This document shows positions 55,183-64,000 of a stretch of DNA of 64,000 nt, one piece after another. Every line of letters begins with the position of its first letter. The stretch's first letter is position 1. A program made the translations under genes and the position numbers. This stretch comes from a virus. The notes under the pieces were generated by a model. It searched no databases, had not been told where the DNA came from, and worked only from the letters and a program-made list of their open reading frames with translations. The stretch is taken from positions 8,410 to 72,409 of the IMG/VR virus record IMGVR_UViG_3300021478_000023; one strand, written 5' to 3'.

Positions 55183-56591
55183 ATCGGTTTCTATTTGGTT
55201 TCGGACTGTTCACGCTTGGCTTGCTTTGCTTTGCGTATGGCGGCCTGACTGCGCGCGGGCAGATGCCGGGTACGTTCATCCCGGCTATGACGACTGGCGG
55301 CGGGTTGGCCTGCACACCGAACACGCAAGGCGGCGGCAATGATAGCAACGTCATTGGCCTTTGGCACTTTGACAACAACGGAACGGACAAGAGTCAGGGC
55401 AATCATAATCTGACGCTCAACAGCGGCGCGACATTCTCAAACGTCCAATCAAAATTTGGCGGCTATTCCTACAAGGGTGCAACAGCAAGTTCGTCAGCTT
55501 CAATCGGCGGCATCGTTTATAATGGCATTACAGATTTCACCGTAGAGTATTGGCTGTATCACACGACGGCTCTTTCAGGCGCCAATTTCTTCATGTCTGA
55601 CGGCAATACGGGTGCGATAGGGACTACATTCGCTATTGATTGGGGGTATTCAAGCGGACAAAAGACTGAGATAGACGCGCCGTCAACAAGCGTTTCAGCT
55701 TATGCTCCAACAGCAACAACTCTCATACCGACTTTGAACACATGGCATCATTGGGCATGGGTGCGCAAGGCAGCGGTCTACACGTTTTATTATGATGGTG
55801 TTGCCCAACCAACAACATCCAACTCTGCGCCGTCTATCGGTAACGGCACGGCAGCTTGGACAATCGCAAACTACGCGAACGGTGGAGCGTCGGGATTCAA
55901 GGACTATATGGACGAGTTTCGATTTTCCAACGTGGCTCGCTACACCGCAAATTTCACACCACAAACATTGGCATTTTGCGACACCGCCTATGTGCCGCCC
56001 CCTCCCGGTCATCCTTGGAATCCGGCAGACAAAACGAGCAACACCACACTCAGCAACAACAACTATGACATCGTTGCCAACTCCGATAGCTCGGCCGGTG
56101 GCGCGCGGACAACGGTGGGTGTGAGCACAGGAAAGGTTTATTTTGAGCTAAAGGCGCTCACCACTCCCCGGTACACGTCATTTGGCATTGCTACGACGGC
56201 GTTTCTTTTTAATGGCAATTATGTGGGAACAACGACGGCTTCCGCAGGATTCCGGGCAGACGGCGCGGTAGCGTTCACGGCGACCGGGTTGGGCTCGGCG
56301 GCAAATCCATTTAGTTCATCTGGCGCTATCAACGATGTTTGGGGTTTTGCTGTTGACATGACCAACAAGCAAATGTGGGTGTCGAAAAACAACACATGGC
56401 TTGGCTCTGGCGCACCTAATCCGGCGACCGGCAGTCAAGCTAACCTCATTTCAATTCCAGCCGTGACAGTGTTCCCGGTCATCGTGCCATATTGGACCGG
56501 CAGTCAGGACAAGTGGAGTTTGCAGGATGGAGTTGGCACGCCTCTCACCTATACGCCGCCATCCGGCTTCACCGCTTACGGTTCTCAATAA
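55179..56591 (+). CDS. LamG + SPRY-like lectin protein with hydrophobic N-terminus
   Basis: DFTVEYW, WHHWAWVR, YMDEFRFS..ARYTANF; GKVYFE, WGFAVD, YTPPSGF. Confidence 0.85.
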   Translation: MNRFLFGFGLFTLGLLCFAYGGLTARGQMPGTFIPAMTTGGGLACTPNTQGGGNDSNVIGLWHFDNNGTDKSQGNHNLTLNSGATFSNVQSKFGGYSYKGATASSSASIGGIVYNGITDFTVEYWLYHTTALSGANFFMSDGNTGAIGTTFAIDWGYSSGQKTEIDAPSTSVSAYAPTATTLIPTLNTWHHWAWVRKAAVYTFYYDGVAQPTTSNSAPSIGNGTAAWTIANYANGGASGFKDYMDEFRFSNVARYTANFTPQTLAFCDTAYVPPPPGHPWNPADKTSNTTLSNNNYDIVANSDSSAGGARTTVGVSTGKVYFELKALTTPRYTSFGIATTAFLFNGNYVGTTTASAGFRADGAVAFTATGLGSAANPFSSSGAINDVWGFAVDMTNKQMWVSKNNTWLGSGAPNPATGSQANLISIPAVTVFPVIVPYWTGSQDKWSLQDGVGTPLTYTPPSGFTAYGSQ

Positions 56592-56605
56592 AAAGGATCA
56601 ACAAC

Positions 56606-57610
56606 ATGGGCCGCCCGTTGCTCAAATACGGTAGCTATGGTCCCGACGTTCTGATCGTGCAGGAATGCCTTGGATGCGAACCGCTCGACTCGGATTTCGG
56701 ATCTATCACCGAGGAAGCGGTTGAGAAATTCCAAGAGGAATCCGGGTTGTCGATTGATGGCGTTGTTGGCACCGACACATGGACTGCGCTTGAGCAAGAA
56801 TTCGACTTGCCGCCATATCCGCCGCCGATGTTTCCTACGCTTACCAATCATCAAATCGATACGATCTGTGAATTCGCAGACAAGAGCAAAATTGCTTCCT
56901 ACAATTGGCGCGACCGAGGCACCGCGCCAGTCGGCTACACGCGTGGCATGGCAATCGCGTGGTCAACGGTCTATCGCAAATATCTGGCAGGCGACTCGTC
57001 GGCAATCGAAATGGCCAAGGCCGACACCTACAACGACGCCAAGGATGCGATCTCTTGGTTCCGGTCCAATTACAACGCCATCGGCATGACCAATGATGAG
57101 GCCGGGCCGGACACGCTGCGGCACCTGTTCGTGATGTTGATGGGGCTCGGGATGCGCGAGTCGTCCGGCCAGCATTGTGAGGGGCGCGACCAGTCCGCCG
57201 ACAACACGTCGAGCGACACCGCAGAGGGTGGGCTGTTCCAGCAATCCGCCAACTCGCTTTCCGCTTCGCCTGAAATGCAAAAACTCTATGACGAATATCT
57301 GGCAGGCGGCGGACTGGACGGATCGCAGGCGTTGTGCGCGCTCGATATCTTCGCCGAGGATGTGAGTTGTAGTAGCTCAGATTGGGGATGCTACGGCAGC
57401 GGCAAGGGATTCAACTTTCAAACCATGTGCAAGCATTGCCCTCAATTCTGTGTGGAGGTTTGCGCCGTTGGCTTGCGCGTGCTCAAGGATCATTGGGGTC
57501 CAGTAAAACGCAAGGAACTTGAGCTACGCACCGAGGCCGACGATTTGTTCCGACTGATACAGCGGTTCGTTGATGAAATAATGCCGACAGAGGATACGCC
57601 AGTCGCATGA
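56606..57610 (+). CDS. Endolysin: PG-binding domain plus putative lysozyme-like catalytic domain
   Basis: DFGSITEEAVEKFQ..GLSIDGVVGTDTW; LGMRESSG...GLFQ. Confidence 0.8.
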   Translation: MGRPLLKYGSYGPDVLIVQECLGCEPLDSDFGSITEEAVEKFQEESGLSIDGVVGTDTWTALEQEFDLPPYPPPMFPTLTNHQIDTICEFADKSKIASYNWRDRGTAPVGYTRGMAIAWSTVYRKYLAGDSSAIEMAKADTYNDAKDAISWFRSNYNAIGMTNDEAGPDTLRHLFVMLMGLGMRESSGQHCEGRDQSADNTSSDTAEGGLFQQSANSLSASPEMQKLYDEYLAGGGLDGSQALCALDIFAEDVSCSSSDWGCYGSGKGFNFQTMCKHCPQFCVEVCAVGLRVLKDHWGPVKRKELELRTEADDLFRLIQRFVDEIMPTEDTPVA

Positions 57611-57933
57611 ACCTAGCTGCGAGGGTCATCATCGGCGTTGTGGCCGTTGCTGGACTATGGGCGGTGATGGAGATCCTTGAGCGCACGCAAGCGCAAGTCG
57701 CCATCGCATGCGTTGACCCGGAGGAAAGAGTCAGGGTCCGAGAGATCGTTGTGGCAGGGTTGGACGGCGCGCTAAAGGATCGCGTCTATCATCTATTTGA
57801 GCAATGGGTGATAGATCAAAATGAACAGCCGAAGCGGGCGACAACCGGACTCACGAATGCTATCAACGCCCACATCCGAGCACGAAAAGATGCCCTACGG
57901 TGGAACCCTCCACCTTGCGATGGCGCAAAATGA
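57607..57933 (+). CDS. Membrane-anchored lysis-cassette protein
   Basis: N-terminal TM segment; position. Confidence 0.55.
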   Translation: MNLAARVIIGVVAVAGLWAVMEILERTQAQVAIACVDPEERVRVREIVVAGLDGALKDRVYHLFEQWVIDQNEQPKRATTGLTNAINAHIRARKDALRWNPPPCDGAK

Positions 57934-58235
57934 GCAACGTAGTCGATGGCGCAACCAAGGTTGCGACGAGCACTCTTAGCGCGCTTTCAGGGGCGCCGGT
58001 CGTCATCGGTTTGTTGTTGGTCAACATCGCGTTCCTGGGCTTCACGGCGTACATACTCGGCGAGGTTTCCGGCAACGCTGGCGAGCGCAACAAGGCGCAA
58101 CTCGCGATGATCTCTGATTTGATCCATGACATTCGCGACTGCCGTGGCGGCACGCCAGTCCCGAGACGATCTGATCCGACAAACTGGAAGGCACAAGACG
58201 GCGGTCTGCCGATCTTAACGGAGGATTCGAAATGA
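57930..58235 (+). CDS. Putative holin
   Basis: TM segment PVVIGLLLVNIAFLGFTAYIL between two lysins. Confidence 0.5.
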   Translation: MSNVVDGATKVATSTLSALSGAPVVIGLLLVNIAFLGFTAYILGEVSGNAGERNKAQLAMISDLIHDIRDCRGGTPVPRRSDPTNWKAQDGGLPILTEDSK

Positions 58236-59014
58236 CTAGACGGATCGCAATCAGCGTCGGGCATGGGCAGAAGATTCGTGGCGCGTCGCAAAGCCCGAAC
58301 CCCGAGCCATACAACGACGAAGTAGACGAGTGCATAAAAATCGTTGATCGAGTCCATGAACTACTAACCGAGTCCGGGCACGCATGCGTCAAATTTTTCG
58401 ACACAGTTAGCACGTCACAGTCACAGAATTTGGATCGCATAGTTGATTGGCACAACGACCAGTCCCGAGATTTGGACGTGAGTTGCCACCTAAACGCCAA
58501 CGCTACAACGTCGAGTCCGATGGGCTGCGAGGTCTTGTATGTCACGCAGGAAAATCTCGCGGAGCAAGTATCCGCCGCCATCGCTGCGGCTGGTCATTTC
58601 AAGGATCGCGGTGAAAAGTATCGCGGTGATTTGGCATTTTTAAACGGCACGTCAAAGCCATCCATCCTACTTGAATGCTGGTTCTGTGATTCCAGTGCCG
58701 ATTGCACGAACGGGCGAAAGTATCGAGAGGAAATCTGCAAGGCAATTGCCGAGACGATTGCCGACGTTGAGTTAGATGACGTTCCAGAGCGTCCGCCAGA
58801 ACCGATTGAACCTCCCGAGCCAACCGAGCCGCCATCCGGCGAAAATCGCGTTGAGATCACCGGCAATGTAACCGGCCATGTGACGGTCTACATCAACGGC
58901 ACCTTGGTCACTGGACACGAACCTTGCGAGCACGCCGTTCATATCAACATCAAAATGGTGGGCGACGTGACGGTTTCAATTCAAGGCGAGGAATTCCACA
59001 ACAAGGAAGGTTGA
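58232..59014 (+). CDS. N-acetylmuramoyl-L-alanine amidase (Amidase_3)
   Basis: ISVGHG, E, VSCHLNA, GCEVLY, PSILLE. Confidence 0.93.
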   Translation: MTRRIAISVGHGQKIRGASQSPNPEPYNDEVDECIKIVDRVHELLTESGHACVKFFDTVSTSQSQNLDRIVDWHNDQSRDLDVSCHLNANATTSSPMGCEVLYVTQENLAEQVSAAIAAAGHFKDRGEKYRGDLAFLNGTSKPSILLECWFCDSSADCTNGRKYREEICKAIAETIADVELDDVPERPPEPIEPPEPTEPPSGENRVEITGNVTGHVTVYINGTLVTGHEPCEHAVHINIKMVGDVTVSIQGEEFHNKEG

Positions 59015-59105
59015 TGTGTGCCAGCGCTGCGATGAGATCCGGCGACGCATCCGCGCCCGCATGATGGCAGCGGCGGCGGCGCTGCGGCTCAAACGCGTTG
59101 ACAAG

Positions 59106-59135
59106 AAAAAAGGGCGGGGTGATGATCCCCGCCCT
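59106..59135 (-). terminator. Rho-independent terminator
   Basis: AGGGCGGGG/CCCCGCCCT stem with a U-tract on the minus strand. Confidence 0.75.
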
Positions 59136-59160
59136 CTGACTACACGAACCCGACTTGGAC

Positions 59161-59694
59161 TTAATCGGCTATCCGGCCACGGGTAGCCGATCCCTTTTTA
59201 GCCGCCATGTCCGCCGCGAAATCGTCCGGCGTCCGACGCGACTTGCGCTTGGCCTTTGCCACGGCTGGAATTGCGTTCCAGCTTTTCGCATTGGCTTTGC
59301 CGTGATCAGTCATTCCCAACTCTGACAGAGGAATGTCGGTCACGTCGCTAACAGGCGGCTTCGCTTTAGGCTCGCGCCGTAGCTCTACCGGGATGTCCGG
59401 CATATCGAACACCGGCAGCGGCTTGCTGGCGATCACCTTGTCGGCTTGCTCGGGAGTGAGCGCGCCGAGATCCAACGGCTCGGGCTTTGCATCCGGCAGC
59501 GGAGCGTTGAGCGCGGCGAGTGACCGCGCCTTGTCGAGCCGCTTCTGACTGCGGGCGACCGCTTTGATGAGCGACCGAACTTTAGCCTCTGCCCGGATCA
59601 GGGCGTCGAGCGTCTTGTCTTTCTTAGCGATTGCTTTCGTGAGTTGCTTGACGATCTCGTTGTGCTTCTCACGCATTCTATCAAGTGTAGGCAT
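59161..59694 (-). CDS. Basic coiled-coil hypothetical protein
   Basis: AAGGAG RBS; own upstream AT-rich region and terminator. Confidence 0.7.
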   Translation of the reverse strand: MPTLDRMREKHNEIVKQLTKAIAKKDKTLDALIRAEAKVRSLIKAVARSQKRLDKARSLAALNAPLPDAKPEPLDLGALTPEQADKVIASKPLPVFDMPDIPVELRREPKAKPPVSDVTDIPLSELGMTDHGKANAKSWNAIPAVAKAKRKSRRTPDDFAADMAAKKGSATRGRIAD

Positions 59695-60026
59695 GTGGAC
59701 TCCTTGTGGTGTTGTGCAGCCGTCGTCCATGCCGGGCGGCGGCTTGCGTTTAGGTTTCACTTGTCAAATAGCCCGGTCATTAGCGACCGTGCCAATAATG
59801 TAGCAACTACTCGGAGAAATTTCTTGCTTATCTGTTTTCGAGTTGTTGATACGATCAACTAATCGAGTTGTTTGATCCGAATTTATTGAGCAACAACAAA
59901 TGTAACATTTCGTGATAGTGGCAGTTTTTCGATTTGTTAGATCGCGACTCGATCAATGACTTAGCCGCCGTTTGTTCGAAATTCCTGAATGGTTGCGTGT
60001 AGAAGATTTCTCTTTTGAGGTTGATC

Positions 60027-60140
60027 ATGGCCTACCGATGGGACCGAGGCACGCGCATCGCAGCGATCATTCTGGCGCTGATCATCGTCGCGCTGATCGT
60101 GATGTATTTCGTTGGTGATGGAAAGAACGTCTACAACTAA
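60027..60140 (+). CDS. 37-aa single-TM peptide
   Basis: GAGG RBS; MAYRWDRGTRIAAIILALIIVALIVMYFVG. Confidence 0.55.
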   Translation: MAYRWDRGTRIAAIILALIIVALIVMYFVGDGKNVYN

Positions 60141-60153
60141 ACGGAGGAAGCAA

Positions 60154-60333
60154 ATGGGACTCGGACTCGTGTTTTGGATCATCATGTTGATATGGGCGAT
60201 CTTTTCGCTCGCGATGTTCGGCGGCTACATCGGGGGCGGGTACGCTCTCGGCGGCGGTGCGTTGCTGCATTTCATCCTCTTCTTAATTTTGGGATGGCAG
60301 GCATTCGGCGCACCAATACGTCGCGGTGCATAG
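60154..60333 (+). CDS. Small two-TM membrane protein
   Basis: GGAGG RBS; MGLGLVFWIIMLIW...LFLILGWQAFG. Confidence 0.75.
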   Translation: MGLGLVFWIIMLIWAIFSLAMFGGYIGGGYALGGGALLHFILFLILGWQAFGAPIRRGA

Positions 60334-60419
60334 ACAGAGTTTCGCGCTAGAGCGTTTCCGGCGTGAAAGGGGCCGCCGCTTTCGGCCCTCGTTAGCGGCG
60401 ACCTTCCTCCCCTGACTTA

Positions 60420-60448
60420 GCCCGCCCCTCACCGGGGCGGGTTTTTTT
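60420..60448 (+). terminator. Rho-independent terminator
   Basis: GCCCGCCCC-loop-GGGGCGGGT followed by a T-run. Confidence 0.9.
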
Positions 60449-60546
60449 GTGCCCCACAAGGCTATATCGAACGGTCTGCAAGTCAAGGTTGACTGGAAAG
60501 CCGAGTCGCGGCTACGGTTGCCGGTCATCCAACCGGGAGTCCAACC

Positions 60547-60990
60547 GTGCGCGCTATCATGATCGACCCGCGCATACAGCGCGTCACCGACATTGAACTA
60601 GCCGACAAAAACACAACGGCCATGCTTGCCGATATGCGCCGGATCATCGGCGCCGAGACGCTAAGTAGCTCGATGATTTCCGATGAACACGACCAGCTTT
60701 GGTGTGACGACACGATCTTGTCGCGCGGCCAACCGTGTTTCGGTTTCCGGCTCGGGCCGACGAAAGAGCGCTCAGTCATTCTCGCTGGCATCTGTCTCAT
60801 CACCGGCAATGATCGCGGCGGCAATGCGCGCGCGCCGTACATCCCGATTGAAATGGTCATCAACGATTGCGACTGGCTTGGCGAGATCGTGCCGCAAGTC
60901 GATTGGATTCAACACAATGAGCAAATTAACGGTCGCCCGTGGTTCAAGACTCAAGCCATCGTGACCTATAGCCGAGTGAAGCGGCAATGA
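60547..60990 (+). CDS. Hypothetical protein
   Basis: GGGAG RBS; MRAIMIDP...LWCDD...LAGICLITG. Confidence 0.7.
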   Translation: MRAIMIDPRIQRVTDIELADKNTTAMLADMRRIIGAETLSSSMISDEHDQLWCDDTILSRGQPCFGFRLGPTKERSVILAGICLITGNDRGGNARAPYIPIEMVINDCDWLGEIVPQVDWIQHNEQINGRPWFKTQAIVTYSRVKRQ

Positions 60991-61078
60991 ACCGCTCCGA
61001 GGCTTGGACTATGTTTCTGGTAGGCTCCGCATTGTTGCTGGCGATGGCTCTTTTGCTTTGGCGATTGAAAGGGCACCT

Positions 61079-61237
61079 ATGAGCGCATTCGATCCGGTGG
61101 ACGTGCTGCGTGACAAGATGAAAGAAATCGACGGCATGATGGGATACTACGCGGAACATATCGAGCGATTGAAACGCGAACGAATCGCGCTGATGGTGGC
61201 TATTGCGGCGTTGGAGCAACGCGAGGCGAGCAAATGA
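61079..61237 (+). CDS. Small coiled-coil hypothetical protein
   Basis: Coupled ORF. Confidence 0.55.
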   Translation: MSAFDPVDVLRDKMKEIDGMMGYYAEHIERLKRERIALMVAIAALEQREASK

Positions 61238-61422
61238 AACTCCCGAAAAAAGTCTACGTCTACGTCATGAATGATCCGACAAGGGGCGTGACCGATAAGG
61301 CCGCATTCTTGGTTGCGGTGCGCGACATCGAGGAAATTCCCGAGGATGTTGATCGTGAAATGGTTGGCACCTACAAACTGAAACGCCGCGAGCAATTCGT
61401 CGTGCGCAGGATCTTGAAATGA
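61234..61422 (+). CDS. Hypothetical protein
   Basis: ATGA-coupled ORF. Confidence 0.6.
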   Translation: MKLPKKVYVYVMNDPTRGVTDKAAFLVAVRDIEEIPEDVDREMVGTYKLKRREQFVVRRILK

Positions 61423-61622
61423 CGTGGCTCAAACTGAAAGACGCGCCGCTCAATCAGGTTGGCTACGTCTATTCGCCACACCCTTGGATGAATGGCCGCA
61501 CCGATTGCGTCGGGATTGTCAACGAATACAAAAGCGGCGAGCGCTTTGTTTCATCCCCCAACGCTCGCGGCTTCAAATTCACGCACTGGCATCCGTTGCT
61601 CCCGCCACCAGAGGCAGAATGA
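61419..61622 (+). CDS. DUF551-like small protein
   Basis: MTW...AP N-terminus and THWHPLLPPP C-terminus. Confidence 0.7.
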   Translation: MTWLKLKDAPLNQVGYVYSPHPWMNGRTDCVGIVNEYKSGERFVSSPNARGFKFTHWHPLLPPPEAE

Positions 61623-62212
61623 CCGTAGATTTTCGCAACGTACCGATCCCGGCGCTCATGAAAGATCGCCCGCTAGATCCGCGCGGCTATCCGATCCCGT
61701 GGAACATTCTGATCGATAGCACTGGCAAAGCGCATTTCACGATCAACAATGAGGAATTGCGTCAGACGGCAATCCGCGACCGGCTATGCCCGATCTGTGG
61801 CGTGCGCTTGTGGAAAGCCATGTGGTTCGTCGGCGGTCCCGGCTCTGCGCTGCACTCGCAAGGCGCGTACATCGATCCGCCGATGCACAAGGAATGCGCG
61901 ACCTACGCGCTGCAAGTCTGCCCGTATCTCGCCGCGCCGAACTACAGCAACATCAAACGCATCGATGACAAAACGCTTTCGCCAGCCGAGCGCGCCAAGA
62001 TCCCGATTCTGATCGACAACACGACTGACCCGGAGCGACCGGCGCTGTTCGTGATGGCGATGGCGCACAAGATGACGGTGACGCCCAACGGTTATCTAGT
62101 CCCGCATCGCCCGTGGCAGGCGATGGAATTCTGGCGGTTTGGCGAACGGCTTGATCACGGTGCAGGCATGTTCATCGCGCAAAACGAAATGGCGAGGAAA
62201 TTTCCAACATGA
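61619..62212 (+). CDS. Conserved phage Zn-binding hypothetical protein
   Basis: RGYPIPW, LCPICG, DPPMHKECATYALQVCPYL. Confidence 0.8.
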   Translation: MTVDFRNVPIPALMKDRPLDPRGYPIPWNILIDSTGKAHFTINNEELRQTAIRDRLCPICGVRLWKAMWFVGGPGSALHSQGAYIDPPMHKECATYALQVCPYLAAPNYSNIKRIDDKTLSPAERAKIPILIDNTTDPERPALFVMAMAHKMTVTPNGYLVPHRPWQAMEFWRFGERLDHGAGMFIAQNEMARKFPT

Positions 62213-62439
62213 CCAACGACGAACAGAAAGTAGCGCATCGCGGCGGACAGATAATCAAGATACTACGCTTGGCCGGATCTCCTGGGATGGACCATGTTGC
62301 AATCAAACTCAATTGCGGCCTGACCTGGGATGAGCAAAAGATATCCGAAAAATGGTTCATGGCTTTCAAGTTGGCGGCTATGTCTGATCGCAAACTTTTC
62401 GACTTGGCCGCCGATCTCTACAAGGCGAGCGAGCCATGA
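62209..62439 (+). CDS. Hypothetical protein
   Basis: Coupled ORF. Confidence 0.55.
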   Translation: MTNDEQKVAHRGGQIIKILRLAGSPGMDHVAIKLNCGLTWDEQKISEKWFMAFKLAAMSDRKLFDLAADLYKASEP

Positions 62440-62789
62440 ATTACACCGCAGCCGAGCTATTGGAATTCGCCGCCACGCGCGAGACGTGGGCGCTTGAAGC
62501 GCGCCAGAACGGTCTGCGCGACATGCCGAAAGAGTGGGAGCTAACCGCAGCCATCGCGCGCCAGTGCGCTCGCTGCATCGATGATCGCTCGCAGGATCAG
62601 CAACGGTTGTTTCACTATGAGGGGGCATTCGAGCCGCTACGTGCGGCGCTCGCTCTTGTCTTGATGTTCTATACGGTTGGGGAGTGGTCCGATGAGAAAA
62701 AGACCGAGTGGAAACGCATCACCGGGAACGATGACGCATCAACCAAAGCAATGTGCGATCACATTCGCCAAGTGCTCGGGGAGCGATGA
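62436..62789 (+). CDS. Hypothetical protein
   Basis: Coupled ORF. Confidence 0.6.
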   Translation: MNYTAAELLEFAATRETWALEARQNGLRDMPKEWELTAAIARQCARCIDDRSQDQQRLFHYEGAFEPLRAALALVLMFYTVGEWSDEKKTEWKRITGNDDASTKAMCDHIRQVLGER

Positions 62790-63044
62790 ATGACGGATCT
62801 CGATGAATTCCAGCGGCGCGTCGAGCAATACTTTCAGTGCGGCCAGCGCAATGAACCGGGCGGGCGGATCATTCTCGATATGATGCGAGCGCTGCGGGAA
62901 GCGCACGCCGAGATCGCGCGGATGAAAAAACTAATCGATGCCCTCAAAAAATGCGGTGAATTGGACGATGCGTTGCGCGCCAAGATACGCTTAGACATCG
63001 ATGCCCTGATGGACCCGACGCGCGAACCTGGCTCGATCCCATGA
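62790..63044 (+). CDS. Hypothetical protein
   Basis: Adjacent ORF; GGAG RBS. Confidence 0.55.
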   Translation: MTDLDEFQRRVEQYFQCGQRNEPGGRIILDMMRALREAHAEIARMKKLIDALKKCGELDDALRAKIRLDIDALMDPTREPGSIP

Positions 63045-63352
63045 CCGAACGCAAACCGATCATCGGACAGATACGCGGCCACGAAGTGTTTGACGGCGAA
63101 CAGTGGATTGCGATTCCGAGGATGATATTCAAGATCGTGCAGCACAACGTAACCGGCGAAGATATGGTTGAGGTTTGGTACGACGGCAAGTTTGTCGCTG
63201 GCATCTATCCTGGCAGCGGACAGAACATCCGGCACGAACCGCGACCGGCAATCAAGGTGATCAGCAAATACTTTGAGGATTATTGCTACTACACCGATGG
63301 CGGCGATCCGTCAGCAATCAACTTGTTGTTGGACGTAAGGGCCACGCGATGA
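63041..63352 (+). CDS. Hypothetical protein
   Basis: Coupled ORF. Confidence 0.55.
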   Translation: MTERKPIIGQIRGHEVFDGEQWIAIPRMIFKIVQHNVTGEDMVEVWYDGKFVAGIYPGSGQNIRHEPRPAIKVISKYFEDYCYYTDGGDPSAINLLLDVRATR

Positions 63353-63534
63353 CCAGATCGATGCGAATAGCGCAATCAATCTGCGGATGCGTCGCGGCTG
63401 CGGCACTGATTATCGTGTGGCTTAACAGTGCTACTCTATGGGCGATCTTAGTTTCGCTCGCACTCGCGGGCGTGACAACCAAACTCGGCGTGTTGCTTGT
63501 CGTGATGACTCGCCGTGGCGATTGGAATGAATGA
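63349..63534 (+). CDS. Small two-TM membrane protein
   Basis: Coupled hydrophobic ORF. Confidence 0.5.
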   Translation: MTRSMRIAQSICGCVAAAALIIVWLNSATLWAILVSLALAGVTTKLGVLLVVMTRRGDWNE

Positions 63535-64000
63535 TGACCCGCCAGTGCGGAGACTGCCAACTTTGCTGCAAGCTGTTGCCCATGAAGCACGGCAGCAACG
63601 ACGATAACCCCGAAGCCCGCGCGATGTTTGGGCATCCCAAGACGATTCCTGATTTTTTCAAACCCGCTGGCCAGCGGTGCCAGTATCAGCAACATCACAA
63701 GGGCTGCAAGGTCTATGACATGCGCCCGCTCGGTTGCCGGATTTGGAATTGTCGCTGGTTGACCGGCGATGACACCGAGAAATTGAGCCGCCCGGATCGC
63801 ACGCATTACGTCATCGATATTCTGCCGGACTTTGTTGTTGCCGAGCAACCCGGCAGAGATCCGATTCGGATTCCTGTGATTCAAATCTGGTTGGACCCTG
63901 ATTACCCTGGCGCAATCGAAGATCCCGAGTTGAAAGCCTACATTCTGCGGCGCGGCCTAGAGGATTGCGCGTGCTTGATTCGGCTGGACTCGCGCCGAGC
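63531..64000 (+). CDS. CxxCxxCC (YkgJ-like) metal-binding protein, truncated by the window end
   Basis: Hand-translated RQCGDCQLCCKLL...KPAGQRC...GCKVYDMRPLGCRIWNCRWL. Confidence 0.8.
   Translation, partial: MMTRQCGDCQLCCKLLPMKHGSNDDNPEARAMFGHPKTIPDFFKPAGQRCQYQQHHKGCKVYDMRPLGCRIWNCRWLTGDDTEKLSRPDRTHYVIDILPDFVVAEQPGRDPIRIPVIQIWLDPDYPGAIEDPELKAYILRRGLEDCACLIRLDSRR

Larger units (their letters stand above)
1..64000. mobile_element. Tailed phage genome (HK97-like head, Mu-like contractile tail), probable alphaproteobacterial host
   Basis: Contiguous terL, protease-capsid, portal, sheath, tube, TMP, baseplate, lysis, replication and recombination modules; no housekeeping genes. Confidence 0.97.

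Noticed and set aside
50189-56591. Diversity-generating retroelement or invertible fibre cassette
   Set aside because: No reverse transcriptase, invertase or adenine-variant TR/VR pair seen; internal repeats are diverged protein modules

Overview
The whole window is one tailed dsDNA bacteriophage genome or a near-complete fragment, with no host genes. It has an HK97-type head and a Mu-like contractile tail. The host is probably an alphaproteobacterium (Hyphomicrobiales-like), inferred from GapR-like, RHH_4, TSCPD-like and alpha-type RNAP alpha-CTD genes. Layout: (1) a leftward early/recombination arm, 1-4856, with an alpha-CTD mimic, a putative annealing protein and a YqaJ exonuclease; (2) a rightward replication arm, 5040-15724, with Cro-like, GapR-like, MTase, VRR-NUC and RepA-type helicase genes, an iteron-like TTCCAGCAA cluster, small accessory genes and a NusG paralogue; (3) a structured late leader, HNH and a long non-coding putative cos region; (4) terL, fibre-like genes, three enzyme-bearing proteins sharing short N-terminal tags, a protease-capsid fusion, portal, collagen-like protein and neck; (5) sheath, tube, a frameshifted chaperone, two tandem full-length tape-measure paralogues with different peptidoglycan hydrolases, baseplate and fibres; (6) a lysis cassette with two endolysins; (7) small accessory genes running off the right end. 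I recognised no integrase, CI repressor, TerS, MuF, tRNA, CRISPR array or reverse transcriptase. The strongest candidate novel systems are the twin enzyme-loaded tape measures and the MuF-less, tag-bearing head-cargo cassette. All assignments come from motif recognition by eye; no database search was run.
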